NCBI GenBank assembly: GCA_001938485.1
Contig: MQRK01213582.1
Coordinates: 1 to 64,000 of the forward strand
Source: Girardia tigrina
Lineage: Eukaryota
DNA length: 64,000 nt
Direction of reading: 5' to 3'
Part shown: one piece after another, positions 42,638-55,267 of the stretch
How positions within the stretch are numbered: the first letter of the stretch is position 1
Layout of the letters: each line of letters opens with the position of its first letter
The notes under the pieces: generated by a model
Seen by the model: only the letters and a program-made list of their open reading frames with translations
Database searches by the model: none
Told to the model about the DNA's origin: nothing
Translations under genes and position numbers: made by a program

Positions 42638-43190
42638 CGTGGTGCGTTTAATAAGTACACCCTCTGAAAATTAAAACGAATTCTAAAAAAAGGACATTTT
42701 AAAACGCAACCAGCTTAACTTATGTAGATATCATTTTTCAACATTATTTCCATTTCCTTCCACACATTTCCACCAACGAACAATCAACAAAGAAAACACT
42801 TTTTCGGAAATTATTGGATGGAATGCCGTGAAGAAATTCTCCACGGCGACCTTCAAATCGTCTTTAGATCCAAACTGGATGCCTCTCAATTCCTTTTTTA
42901 AGTACCTGAAGAGTTAAAATTTGTTCGTGCAAAATCTAGGCTCTACAGCTGATGATCCACATACACTGGTCCAGCACCTTCAATTGTGGTCCAAGAAAAG
43001 CCCGTTGTGGTCAATGACAAATTGTCGTGGAATAAACTATAGTGACGTATTATTTTGCTTCCGTCTATCATTTCTGGTTTTTGCCACGAGTTGGCTGCTA
43101 TCGGAAGCATTGAGGGTGATGTCTCCATCTGCAAAATCCATCAGAATAACACCATTACGATCCCAGAAAATGGAAGGGTCCACGAGTTGC
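42638..43190 (-). mobile_element. 3' part of a mariner
   Basis: TA-CGTGGTGCGTTTAATAAGT TIR; minus strand FHDN motif and RWWKCVEGNGNNVEK C-terminus. Confidence 0.75.
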
Positions 43191-43369
43191 TCCCATTGGC
43201 ATTTTTATTATCATTCCCCACGCAAATTCCAATTGAATAGAGTCGGAACTAGAACTTAAGATATAAGCTAACTTAAATGACCGACAAAAGCTATCAAAAA
43301 TTCAGAGCCATACGAAAATCCAAAAATTGTATCGTTAAAATAATGTTCTTACATTTTTCGTAAAATTTA

Positions 43370-44577
43370 TTAGGTTGATGCATAAGTTTTTAGCCATTCA
43401 TTTATTATAAAAGAAATATAACTAAATGATTTAATTGATTAATTGATTTAAAAATAAATGCTCGTATTTTCGAAGACGTTCAAAAATGAATAAAATTCAT
43501 CTTCTACATTGCATGATTTTTATGTTTAATTTAGGAAAAAACACCACCGAAACATTGGATCAAATTACGCAAGCCTATGGAACTGATACTGTTTCATATG
43601 CCACGGTCAATAACTGGTTCAAGAAGTTCAGAAATGGTGATTACGACCTAGATGACAAGCAGAGAAGCGGAAGACCTAAAGAAACTGATGATTCGGAATT
43701 GGAGGCATTGCTTCAAGGGGATTCAACCCTGTTGACAAGAGATATGGCTAAGATCCTCGAAATCGATCAATCAACGGTGCAACGAAGACTTACGGCAATG
43801 GGAAAAGTTTTGAAAGTTGGACATTGGGTTCCGGACCAGTTATCACAAATTTTGCACAAAGACTAAATTTGTGCGTTGCACTTCTTTCACGTCCCCGCCG
43901 TAAATCGTTTTTGTTGAGAATTGTCATCGGGGACGAAAAATGGGTGTAATACGAAAACCCACAGCGTAAACGATCATGGGTAGATGCTGGTCTACCTTCA
44001 ACTTCAACGCAAAAACTTAATCTCATAGCATGAAATTGTTGCCCTACATATGGTGGGACATGAAGGGAGTTCTCTATTATGAGTTACTTAAACCCGGAGA
44101 AACAATCACAGCACAGTGCTGCAGTGGACATTTGTTGCAACTGAGCAAAAAATCAAAGAATTGCGACCGCAACATGGACATTCGATGAACAAAATCATCC
44201 TACTCCACGATAACGCTACACCACATGTTGCAAAAGCGACGAAAAATAAAATTTTAAACTGGGATGGGAGGTTTTACCGCATCCGGCGTCTTCTCCGGAC
44301 ATTGCTCCATCCGATTTTCATTTGTTTCGCTCTGTACAACATACTCTGGCTGGTAAGCGATTCAAACAAGAAAGTGATGTGCGAAATTGCATCGATGAAT
44401 TCATGGCATCGAAACCAGAAAACTTTTTCACCGATGGAAATAGAAAATTATCGGATGGATAACAAGAAGTAATTGATTGTAACGGCGAATACTTCACCGA
44501 TTAATATTTTGTAGTTTTTTTAGAAATTCTTTAATAAAATTATTAAAAATAGGCTAAAAACTTATGCATCAACCTAA
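43370..44577 (+). mobile_element. Full-length-sized mariner, transposase pseudogene
   Basis: Perfect 26-bp TIRs TTAGGTTGATGCATAAGTTTTTAGCC with TA TSDs; RSGRP, WVPDQL, GDEKW, LHDNATPH, SPDIAPSDFHLF motifs with frameshifts. Confidence 0.97.
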
Positions 44578-44996
44578 TAATATGCTTGTTTATTATATAA
44601 ATAATTTTAATTGATTTTATATACTTTCAAATAATATTTTGTACGTATTTAAGAATTTAAGAACTTCATTTACATAAATAATGTACAGTCACAGAGATTT
44701 TGAAGAGAGGACATTTTCTTTTGTGCTCAACATTTCTTTGAAACGAAGCACAAAATATTGTAGTACGTATGAATCTTTCAAGTTAGTTTTATTAAATAGA
44801 GAAATTTTAGATTTTTGAATCTTTTTGAATTTTAATGTTAAAATATTAGCTTATCCGTTATTAAGACATGGTGATTTGTTGTCTTTTTACCACGTTTTTA
44901 TTAGCTTGCTTTCTTGTCTGTTTGTCTGTTTGTCTGGAACAAATCTTGCAATTGATTTTTCGACCACTTTCAGTCATCCAATTGAGCTGAATTTTT

Positions 44997-45375
44997 TTAT
45001 ACAGGCTTGATTCCGATGACAATACAATATTATAAAAATAATTTTGACAAAAAATAATTTTTTCTAATTTGTTTTGCAAAAAACCACTTACGATTATCTA
45101 CAAATTTATACACTGTATTAAATAGCAATCTTTTCGTTTATTTTCATGAATGAAGTTTTATACAGGCTTGCTTCTGATGACAATACAATGTGATAAAAGA
45201 AATTTTGAAAAAAAATAATTTTTTCTAATTTTATTTGCAAAAAATCACTTACGATTATCTACAAATTTATACACTGTATTAAATAGCAATCTTTTCGTAA
45301 ATTTTCATGAATGAAGTTTTATACAGGCTTGCTTCCGATGGCAATACAATTTGATAAAAAAAATTTTGAAAAAAA
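44997..45375. repeat. 161-bp tandem repeat (~2.3 copies)
   Basis: TACAGGCTTG recurs at 45000, 45161 and 45322 with matching intervening sequence. Confidence 0.85.
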
Positions 45376-45406
45376 AATTCCTAAATGATAACTAAAAATA
45401 GTTAAA

Positions 45407-45693
45407 TAATAATATTATTAATAAAAAAAATTTTTTATAAAAACAACTACGTTTTTCAAGCATTACCAATGCACTAAAAAGAGGAAAATAATTTTTTTCT
45501 AGACATGTGAGAAATTTTATACCTANNNNNNNNNNNNNNNNNNNNNNNNNNNNNNNNNNNNNNNNNNNNNNNNNNAGGTATAAAATTTCTCACATGTCTA
45601 GAAAAAAATTATTTTCCTCTTTTTAGTGCATTGGTAATGCTTGAAAAACGTGGTTGTTTTTATAAAAAATTTTTTTTATTAATAATATTATTA
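45407..45693. repeat. ~118-bp near-perfect inverted repeat around a 50-N gap
   Basis: 45407-45524 is the reverse complement of 45576-45693 with one visible mismatch; N at 45526-45575. Confidence 0.9.
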
Positions 45694-46216
45694 AGATTTT
45701 ATTTTTAATAAAAATTATATATAAAATCAGGCTTACATTTAATTGAAATGACCAAAGCTATTTTAAAGGTTATTACAATCTTTATTGAAGATTAATGATT
45801 AGATTTACCCAATTAATGATATAAAAACACTAAAAAAAGTGTTTTTAATCTAAAATATAACCATATAGCGACTCTCTCCTTTCAGGTAATAAGTCGATGA
45901 CTTTTTAAGAGGTCTTGGGACGCTAATGAAGCCTCATAACCATATCCCCCACAGGGTATTTGCATGGTACTGCTCCACCTGTATTAACAAATTACATTGA
46001 AACAACACTCAACCTGCATTGATATAAAAAAAACAAGTCAAATTCAATCTAGTATCATAGAAATGCTATCTCACCATCGACCATGGCCTTCACATCATGA
46101 GTTTAAAGAGTATTCTAGTTAATGGATTGCAAGCTCATTATTGTTTCGATTTTATTGCCGCCGTTTTCAGATACTTTAGTCTAGAGACGGACTATATTCC
46201 GTTTCCCAGAAAATTT

Positions 46217-46268
46217 ACCCAATCTAGTTTCCCCATGAACAATACGTGGAAGTATTGGATTGCTCTAT
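46217..46268 (-). ncRNA. Degenerate minimal HDV-like ribozyme at the start of an RTE-like 5' UTR remnant (~45870-46270)
   Basis: Minus strand folds as P1 ATAGAGC / GTTC-AT, P2 ATCCAAT / ATTGGGT, P3 ACT / ATT, L3 TCCACGT, P1.1 CC/GG, J4/2 CTAG, with no real P4. Confidence 0.55.
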
Positions 46269-46385
46269 GGTGACACCTAGATACAAAATGTATCAAATAA
46301 AAATTTTAATTTCAAATATTGAGGCCCAAAATATGAATATAAAAAAACTTTCATTAAGTTTTTATTATTATTTCCACTTTTTAAG

Positions 46386-46590
46386 GTATCATTCAGTGTT
46401 ATTGTAAAAAACGAAATGATGGAGAGTCAAAATTCCGAAAAAAATGAGAATAAAATTGTTTTATCAAAAAACCAATATTCCAATTCTTCCCTTTCACTTA
46501 TTATAATAATCATTGTTGTGGTTATAGTTTGCATATTGATAATCACATTTGTATCTCTGATCTTCTACAGATATTTGGCATTCAATACAG
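46386..46590 (+). CDS. Protocadherin coding exon 3: end of EC7, stalk and transmembrane helix
   Basis: Acceptor TTTTTTAAG| at 46385, phase 0, gives LQAK-VSFSVIV; TM LIIIIIVVVIVCILIITFVSLIFY; donor ACAG|GTAGCT at 46590, phase 1. Confidence 0.85.
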
Positions 46591-47472
46591 GTAGCTTTTG
46601 CTTTTTGACTCCATTAATATTATTTTTATGAATAATTCGTCTACAAGATATGCGTTTTAGATATATCTTCATTTATAAATCATTGATAAATAAGCGTAAT
46701 ACACTAAATTATATTAATGCGTTTAAAATATTTTATTTATATTATAATGCTCAGAAAACTGGAAAATTTTAATTAACACCATCTCGACGCCTTCATTGTA
46801 CAGGCAAGTGGCGCTAATGCTAATGAATTGTTAATAAATTGTTAACAATAAAGTCAAAAGCAATTCGGAAAGAGACAATATTATATCAGACTGATATTTT
46901 AAAGAATATAAACTGTCAACAACTGTTGAGAAAGAAGAAATATTCAAGAGAGATGATAAAAATTAAAAGATAAATTGAAGTCATAAATTTTTACCAAGTA
47001 AAGGAATTGAAAATGATCTTGAAAATTGTAGAACACATAAATGAAATATTAGATGATTAAATCAACAAAACTGTGAAAAAAACACAAACTTCAAATTTTG
47101 AAAAGTACATTTCTCGTTTTTAAAATATTTAAAATAAATTCATTTGGCAAAATCATAAGCACAAAATACGTGGACAATCGTTCTTGGAGGACTTCATTTA
47201 CAAAACGAATGTACAGTCACAAAGATTTTAGGGAGAGGACACTTTCTTTTGTGCCAAAAATTCATTTGAAGAGGCACAAAATATTTTAATTATATAAATT
47301 TTTCTAAAGGTAGTTTTATTAAATAGAGAAATTTTAAGATTTTAAATCGTCTTCAATAGAAAACAGTGAAACCATTGAACTTAATGTAAAAATCATTGTT
47401 TTGTTTACCAAAATATTTAACGTAATAATTTTGATGAAAATTTTATAGGGATAACACTCTAGAGACATAATA

Positions 47473-48088
47473 TTAGGTTGAGGAATAAGTTCCCGCTGTT
47501 TTTTGAATTTTGAATCAATTTTTAATCAATTTAATATTTAAATCAAATTTTTTGATGTAATGTTATAAGTTATTTGAAATCTATTGTTTTGCTCTAAAAA
47601 ATGGTGTATTTTGTTTTTTTATTCAGATTAATTTTTGTCGATTTTTAGACCATTGAAATGGAGCGTCAAGTCGACAAAAATGAGCATTTCCGACACCATC
47701 TATTGTTTGTGTATAATCGAGGCGCTAAAGCCGCAGACGCTGCCCGAGAGCTTTTTACTGTATACGGAGACGGTGCTATAGCTCATAGAACCACTCGTGA
47801 TTGGTTCGCAAAATTTATATGGCAATTTTGACCTCAAGGATGCACCTCGTTCAGGACGACCAAATGAATTCGATGAAGAGCCTTTGAACTGCAAGTTTGG
47901 TTGGCTGAATTCTTCGAGTCAAGACCGGGCGATTTCTACCAAAGAGGCATTGAAAAACTCATTGAACGTTGGGAAGAAGTCGTGAACAATGGCGGAGATT
48001 ATATTTGTGATTAATTTGTAGTAACTTTTTGTTAAAAAATAAAATTTTAATTTTTCAAAAAACGGCGGGAACTTATTCCTCAACCAAA
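47473..48088 (+). mobile_element. Internally deleted copy of the 30273-31531 mariner family
   Basis: Same TIRs with flanking TA; jumps from the RSGRP..DEE region directly to the C-terminal ELQVWLAEFF region. Confidence 0.95.
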
Positions 48089-49847
48089 TATAATATTTCC
48101 TTAATTTTTGCACGATTATATAAAGTTTTATCTATTTGATATTTTACATCATTTAGTAAAATAAAATAATTTTTATTGTAAACTAAAAGTAGCAATTTCA
48201 TGTAATTTACAAATAATTTTTTGGTAGATTTAAATAATACAAAACCCTTTTTCTATATATTAATTTTTAGAACGTTATCATTTTTTTCACAAAAATATTG
48301 TGATTAATTGTACGAATATTTTTGTGATGAAATTATACGAGTTTGTTTTGACTGGAATTTTAAATTTGATTACTGGTAACGATTTTAAAATGAACTCTCC
48401 TTAAAAACATTTTAAATGGGCGTAGCACAAATAGCAGCATCAAATGATCCATGACTATCAGTCTCTAGGGGGACCAGTCCCTGGGGACTGTACTAATCAG
48501 TATACTTATTTGGTCGTCATTCTTGCATTAATAATGGGTTTTCCATGTTTTTAGAGAATATATCATGACATTAGAAGCATTAAATTCATACCTACTTTAT
48601 AAACAGTCATTTCTAACGAACACATTTAAGATTAGATACTTCAACAATTACCAGTGCAGTTTAAAGACAGGGAGAGTTTCTTGACAAAGTTTTTGAAGAT
48701 GTCAAAGTTCCAGGAAGGAATTTCAAAGATACTAAAGTCAGAAATACATCGCTTTACTTTAGTAATATAGTCATGATTCACATTAGCCTAAATAACTTGC
48801 TCGATATCTTAAACTACAATACCCTCAACACAATGCGGCCTATACCGTTTATCTTTGCATTTTATGGTACAAATGTTTCTATAGTTAATTACAATTGTGA
48901 ATTTTGACGATTTTTAAAAATATTGAATATCCGATAGAGTTTTTTAATAATAAAATGTTGAAAATGTCATGAAGAAGGAAACAAATATTTATTTTAATAT
49001 GGTCAAAAAACAAATTTGAGGCAGATTTTAGTTAGTTTTATAGTTCTTGTATTTCAAATATAATATATGATATTGAGGTACGTCCTATAAAAGACAAAAC
49101 AAAAAGGTATATCATATACTATGTATAAAAATATAAATAAATAAAAATTAAAATCCCCTCCATAAATTGTTTTTGTAAATATTTTTTTGTATTATTAAAT
49201 TATTTATTTTATATATAATTATTAATAATTTATTTTAATGATAAAAAAATCAGTAAACGAAAATTACACGAATAAAAATGGAAATGTTTTTCAATTAATT
49301 TTGATACTTCTTGTGATTTATAAAAACGAGTCTGATCAATAGAAAAATAATTGCGTTTGATCAAGTGTCTCGACGAAACATGTGGCCACAACATTGATCA
49401 CTACAAACAATATTTGATCTTTTTAACAAAAATAGAAATATTATATCAAAGTCCTTTTGTTTTAATTAAAAAATTGGAAAGTAATTTCCTTTCAGATTTG
49501 TTTGTTTAACTTCATAATTACAGTAAAATCCCAATAAAACAAACAAATGTGCTTTAGCTTCAATAATTAAGATGCAATTGGTAAAACAGATTTGTTTAGA
49601 TAATTGTAAAATTTACATGTTTTAATATAATAAACTATTTCGGAATGTCGAAATAAAATATTTTTTATAATTTTGTATTAATATTTATTTTCAAATGTAC
49701 CCCTTTCCTGCCACAAAGACGGTCTTTCGAATCGTTCATATTGTACAAAATCTTCAAAGGACTCCAATCATTTTATTCTTTGTTTATGAATGCCAATATC
49801 GCTGAATTGTTTTCGCTTTATTTCTATGACATGTATATCAGTGAATA

Positions 49848-50399
49848 CAGTGGCGTGCGGTGGGTTTTGACGTAAGGAAATCAATAAGCCAAACACATAG
49901 ATTTATATATTTTTTTGAAATTTTATTGCGTGTATACATAACTATTTATTAAAAATTGCACAAAAATATTAAATTCAAAACAAATCGTTAAAAATAAAAA
50001 ATTATACAATACATTATATGCATAAAATACATAAAACAATGAAATTTATGTAGAGCCAAGGTATATTAAAATAAAATTATTCTGAAAATTTCCTCAAATT
50101 TTAATCATTATTACGGTGAAAAGTCGCATGAAAGCATATTATAAATGGCTTAAAGGCGTGCTTACGAGCGCGACAGAGAAATGCGACACGTACAAGCTTT
50201 ATTGTTGACTCGAACTAAACAATAGTCTTATTGTTTCTAGCAACATGACTCACTCAGATCATATCTGATTCAACATTTCGATGTTTCGCCGAAAATAATT
50301 ATAAAAATTATAAAAATATTATTTATATTTTTTAAATAATCATGTAAAAAATTTAATTAATTTACCTTTCCCTTTGCATCCAAGGAAAGCCCGCCACTG
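49848..50399. mobile_element. Non-autonomous hAT MITE
   Basis: Termini CAGTGGCG / CGCCACTG; 8-bp TSD AGTGAATA / AGTAAATA (7/8). Confidence 0.8.
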
Positions 50400-50599
50400 A
50401 GTAAATAAGTAATTGAAACTAAATAATTAAATATAAAATAATTAAAAAAGGAGTTTTAGTTAACATTATCTGATTTGATCCGTTAAAATTATTGGTTTAT
50501 AAGTCACTTTAAAATGTAAAAAAATCGGAAGTATTAAATTTAGATCTAACAGATACTCTTCCTTTCACAATCTTTTCTTGAACATCTTTATCATTATTT

Positions 50600-53500
50600 T
50601 TACGAAATAATTTTTAAAAATACACAAAAAAACGCTTTCAAGTTCAAAGGTACAGTACGTCTTTCCATTTCTTCTCTTTGTAGTACTTGGATTCGATGAT
50701 CAATTAATAAATGTCGCTGTAGCCATCCATTAGTTTTATAAATTTTGTCACAGTTCTCCATAGGACATATGAATGAACCACCACCTCTTTGTGCCGTCGG
50801 CACCATGGCTAGACGCACATTTTTAATGTGTCTTGTGAGTTCCTTTTGCTTAGAAAATTCTTTAAAGCAAGAAGGGAATGTGCAAGCTAATATTTTGATG
50901 CGCGGTTGATGCATTTTCGGATGTTCTTTTTCGTGCTCGAATGCCTCTTTTAGTAGCTCAGATACGGTTCCTTTGATCAGGTATTTAAATTCCTCATCAT
51001 TGTCGAGAAGCTTTCTTTAGTTTAGACTTTCCCTGTATTCTGCCAAGTCTACTGGATCGTTGAATATCCAGAGCACATCGCGAGCAATGTGCTCTCTCAT
51101 CAGTTGCTTTTTAAAGACGCTGATTCTGTGATTTTCTGAGGCGATCTCAAAGTTTAGAACTCTTCGAACTTCAGTTACACCCTTCCGAGAATTGTATTCA
51201 TAGAATACTATACGTCATTTGGCTAGAATCACACTTGTCCCAGTCAGTCCAATCATCATGTCCTTATTCGGGATCCTGTCGAGTTTGGTCTTCTTGATAG
51301 CTATCCTCGTGCATGAATTATGGAAGGTTTGTAACCATGCAACATCTTTCTCAGGCGTTTCCCAGCACTCACTACCATAATACACCACAGGGAAAATACT
51401 AGTCTCAATCAGTTTTCTCTTCAAAACTATCGAGACGCGGTTACTCTGAATTGCAGGTTGCAATTCTTTAAGCTTCTTTGACTAATATCCAGGTCGCAGC
51501 TACCGCTATTGATCAATATATTTCCGAGATAACAGAATTCTTTCACCAATTCTATAACTGTCTCACCAAATTTAACTTGCGATATTCCAGAGCCTGATTC
51601 GTTAGTAAGGCACATGACTTTTGCCTTAGTAGCATTTATTGTCAGTCCAAACTCCAGAAATGTCCTCCTTAGTATATCCTGGTTTTTTCAGGCTCGATCA
51701 ATATCAGAGTCGATGAAACAGAGATCATCTGCATATTGCAAGTCTGTTCACTTGAAATTCAGTGCCTTGCTCATCGATCAGGGTGACACCTCCCCCGAAT
51801 CTTTTTAGTATAGCCGTTTTGATTACTTCATCGAAGACCAAGTTGAATAAACTAGGTCCCATCACACATCCCTGGCTAACACCTCTTTCAATGGAAAAAT
51901 TACTGTTTCCTACAGTTGCAATAAAATTCTCATGAAATTCTTTGATAAGACAGAGAATTTTAGCCGAGTCTTTTCAGGCAAGCCCACAGATCTTCGCGCA
52001 AGACACTGTTAAATGCCTTTTCCAAATCAATGAAGATCACATATACCTTTTGGTTCCTATATTGATCTTCTTCTTGTATACACCTAAATATACTAATAGC
52101 CTGCAACGCGCCTCTTTTCGGTCTAAACCCAAATTACCTGGGATCTAATCTTTCTTCCATCACCGGTAGGATTCTATTTACGATGATTCGCGCAAAAATC
52201 TTACCAGCAACTTCTAAGAGAAAGATACCATTATGGTTGTTCGGGTCGGATCTTCTACCTTTTCCTTTGAATAATGTCACCACTTTAGCACTCCTCCAAG
52301 CCGGTGGTAATTCATGAACCCCGTTCCATATCAGTTCAAAATCAAGCTGAAGCTTGTCAGCGAGTGGTTGCTCACCCTACTTCAGAACTTCAGTAATCAC
52401 TCCATTCGATCCTGGCGCCTTTCCATTACTCAGCTGCGATATAACAAGCTTTATTTCAGTCTCGTCAGGAGAGTCAACACTAACGCAGCATTCTCCAGGG
52501 TATCGAGTCATATCTGCCCACTGGACGAGCGGGTGAGCTTCGAAAAGCTTTTGATAGTGACCAGCCATTAGCTCATTGGACACAGAAGGTACCGGTGTAA
52601 ACAGCGTGTGTAACTTTGTATCAGAATTCCCTAAGATTCGCAGTTCAAGATAGTCCGTTCCATTTTTCTTGAAATTACCGGCGTTTATAGACTCTTCAGT
52701 CACATTGCTGAGATCAATTATCCTTTCTTGCTTCCATTTCCTAATGTAATTTCTTACCTTGTTCCGCGCTGCTCTCCAGTGTTGCAGATTCTCAGGGGAA
52801 GGTTGCAATGTCCATTTCAGCCTTTTATGATTTCTTTCATTGATGAGCTGACACATTTCAGTTTTATGTTCATGTAACCAATTTCTTTTCAAAGGGGTGC
52901 CTTTTACCTTCCAGTACCTGTCCAGTAATTTTGTAATTACCTTCTTGGTATTCATTATCAACAATGATACGTTGAAGTTGGACTGACAAATATTCTCGGT
53001 TCTTGATAACAATATATTTTTGAACGTTTTAAGGCAGTCCAGTTTTAGGCTTCCAAGTCATAAGTGCTGTTTTATATCTTTTCAGATTCAAAACTACACA
53101 ATTGTGATCATAAAGATTATTCATGAAATCGTGATCACAAACAGTTATGTTTGCATTGAACATCTTTAACTTTACCTATGTTGTTTGCATGTACTAGGAA
53201 GTAATCAAGAAGGTTCCTCTTCGTTGTCGCATGGTTGGGTCAAGCTAGAGCTTCTCCGTTCATTGTGACAAAAGAAAGTGTTCACAACTTTCATACCTCT
53301 CTCCTCGGCCAGTAATACTAATCTTTCCCCATTCTCTATCGTATTTCCACTGTGTGCAAACTTTCCAACGCTTGGTAATGGATCCTCTGCGTCATAGCTT
53401 ATGCGACAGTTGAAGTCTCCTTCCACAATCGTCATAACCTCCAACTGTCTGGCTACGGTCTCTACTTTAATAATCTCGGTGGTGAGAAGGTCATAGAAAG

Positions 53501-53600
53501 TGGTTTTCTCGTCATCCCTGTATCCGCAATCGGTGGGTACCTAAACAGCTACGAGAATAATTTTTAGGAACCAATCTTCGCTTTGAAAATTCTTTCCGAG
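50600..53600 (-). mobile_element. Degenerate RTE-clade LINE: APE endonuclease, RT and tandem C2H2 fingers
   Basis: GDFNCRI, NGERL, VVNTFF (APE); KAPGSNG, ISLLEVAGKIFARII, FIDLEKAF, GVSQG, QYADDL, FCYLG (RT); CTFPSC..QKELTRH and CPMENC..GWLQRHLLIDH fingers; many stops. Confidence 0.92.
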
Positions 53601-53641
53601 AATTATTATAACCATTAGAACCTCCTACCTCAGTTCAGTTA

Positions 53642-53840
53642 CAGTAAAACCTCTTTATAAGATGTAATTCTCTATAATGATTACTTTATGATTAAAACTC
53701 ATCATTTGGATGACAAAAATCATATTTAAGCGTTATTTTGATATGATAAATCAAAAACTTATTCTGGAAAAAGCAGAAAAAAATATTGTAATCCTTGATA
53801 ATTGCAGTCCCAAATAACTCCTTACAGAGAGGTTTTACTG
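53642..53840. mobile_element. pogo/Tigger-type MITE
   Basis: TIR CAGTAAAACCTCT / AGAGGTTTTACTG with TA on both sides; 199 bp. Confidence 0.85.
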
Positions 53841-54245
53841 TAATTGTATCTAAATGCGGTGTTGAGTAACAACACATGATTGGTACATTTTTTTAAGTTC
53901 GTTCTTTTTAATTTTTAAAAATTAAAAAAAAGTTAATTTATAAAAAAATAAGTGAATTAAAAAATGATAAGTTTTCAAGAAATAAAAATATTTTAAAATT
54001 AAAGCGCTAGTCCATGAGTTTTTATGCTACAACGGATTTTAGAGATCAAAAATAACGTGTTCAAACGGGGTACAATATTACTAAGAATATTATTTATTTT
54101 TAATAAAAAATTTATGGGAAATATTTTTTAAAGTAAAAAAAAACATTTCTTGGTGAGATATAATTTTCATTTGTTTACTAACAAAAAAATAAAAGATAAA
54201 TTAATTAAATTAAAAAAATATATAATTAATTTTCCTTTATTTCAG

Positions 54246-54268
54246 CTTATACTGAGGATCAATATTGA
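54246..54268 (+). CDS. Candidate short terminal exon of the protocadherin (AYTEDQY*)
   Basis: Strong acceptor TTTTCCTTTATTTCAG|; phase 1 matches exon 3; stop at 54266-54268 followed by TE-free AT-rich UTR-like DNA; would give an 897-aa protein. Confidence 0.4.
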
Positions 54269-55230
54269 TCGATAAATCGATCATTATATTGATCAATTTG
54301 AATTTGTTCTTGTATCAATAATTAATAAAGTCTCAATTTTAATGAAATTAATTGAGATAATAAACTCTTTTAAAACGGATTACATAAGTAAATTGATTAA
54401 CTAAACCGATGATAAATGGAAATTTTGTTTAAATTTGCATTATTTCAAAGTTAATTTTGTTTGAATTGTTTTCTTTTTCATTCTCACTCTCTCATTCTGT
54501 TTAAAATAAATAATTAAAAGAAAAAAGAACTAATTTTACTATTAAAAATCGTTTTATTTATGGAAGTTTTGTTTTCCTATTGAAATAATTAATTAAAAAA
54601 ATATATAATGAAAATAATGTATTTAAATTTATGTTATTAATTAATCGAAAGCAATTAATAATGTCTCGCAAATTTCAAGTTAATTAATGAGACTTTGTTT
54701 ACTGATAATTATGATTAATTTTTGTTTGTTTAAATGAATCCATATTAAAATAATACTTTCATTTAAATTAATTTTAATAAAAAGAAAAAAAATTGTGCAT
54801 CTTTTTTTCAGGTTTTTATTTCTTTGTAAAAATTGTTTGATGTCTTTTGTGAGACAAATTTGATATTTTAATCTGAGTAAATGAGTTTTGATATTATTTT
54901 CTTTTAGTATTGTATAATTTAATATTATTTTAGTATTCATTAAAACCAATCGGCTTTTATTTCCCGTTATAAAATTCATTTTTATGAATTTCATTTTTGA
55001 AAGGTTTTTAATACAAATTATTAAAATAAATAATATTTTCAACTAAGGCGGCATATTTTAGAAAATAATCTTTATTAAATTTGAGATTTATTTTTAATTT
55101 AATTATTATTAAAATATAAATAATTTTGATATATACCGATTCATCCAATCACATTAAAGTATTTGAATGTAAGACATGATTAACGTAATGGTCTTCTAAT
55201 TACATAAGCAATAGTAGTTGATTAGAATTC

Positions 55231-55267
55231 AGAACTGAAGATTCCAGAAAGGCGAAACATGTTTTCT
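55231..55267 (+). ncRNA. Minimal type I hammerhead ribozyme motif of the Penelope type, probably mutated
   Basis: AGAA-CTGAAGA-T-TCC-AGAAA-GGC-GAAAC-AT-GT-T-TTCT: stem I AGAA/TTCT, palindromic ACATGT stem III, one stem II mismatch. Confidence 0.6.

Noticed and set aside
45170-45215. Hammerhead within the 161-bp tandem repeat (CTGATGA...GAAA)
   Set aside because: No stem II or III pairing, and the other two units read CCGATG.
49355-49390. Hammerhead-like GTC-TC-GAC-GAAACATGT
   Set aside because: The CUGANGA core is absent (TTGATCA) and stem I does not pair.
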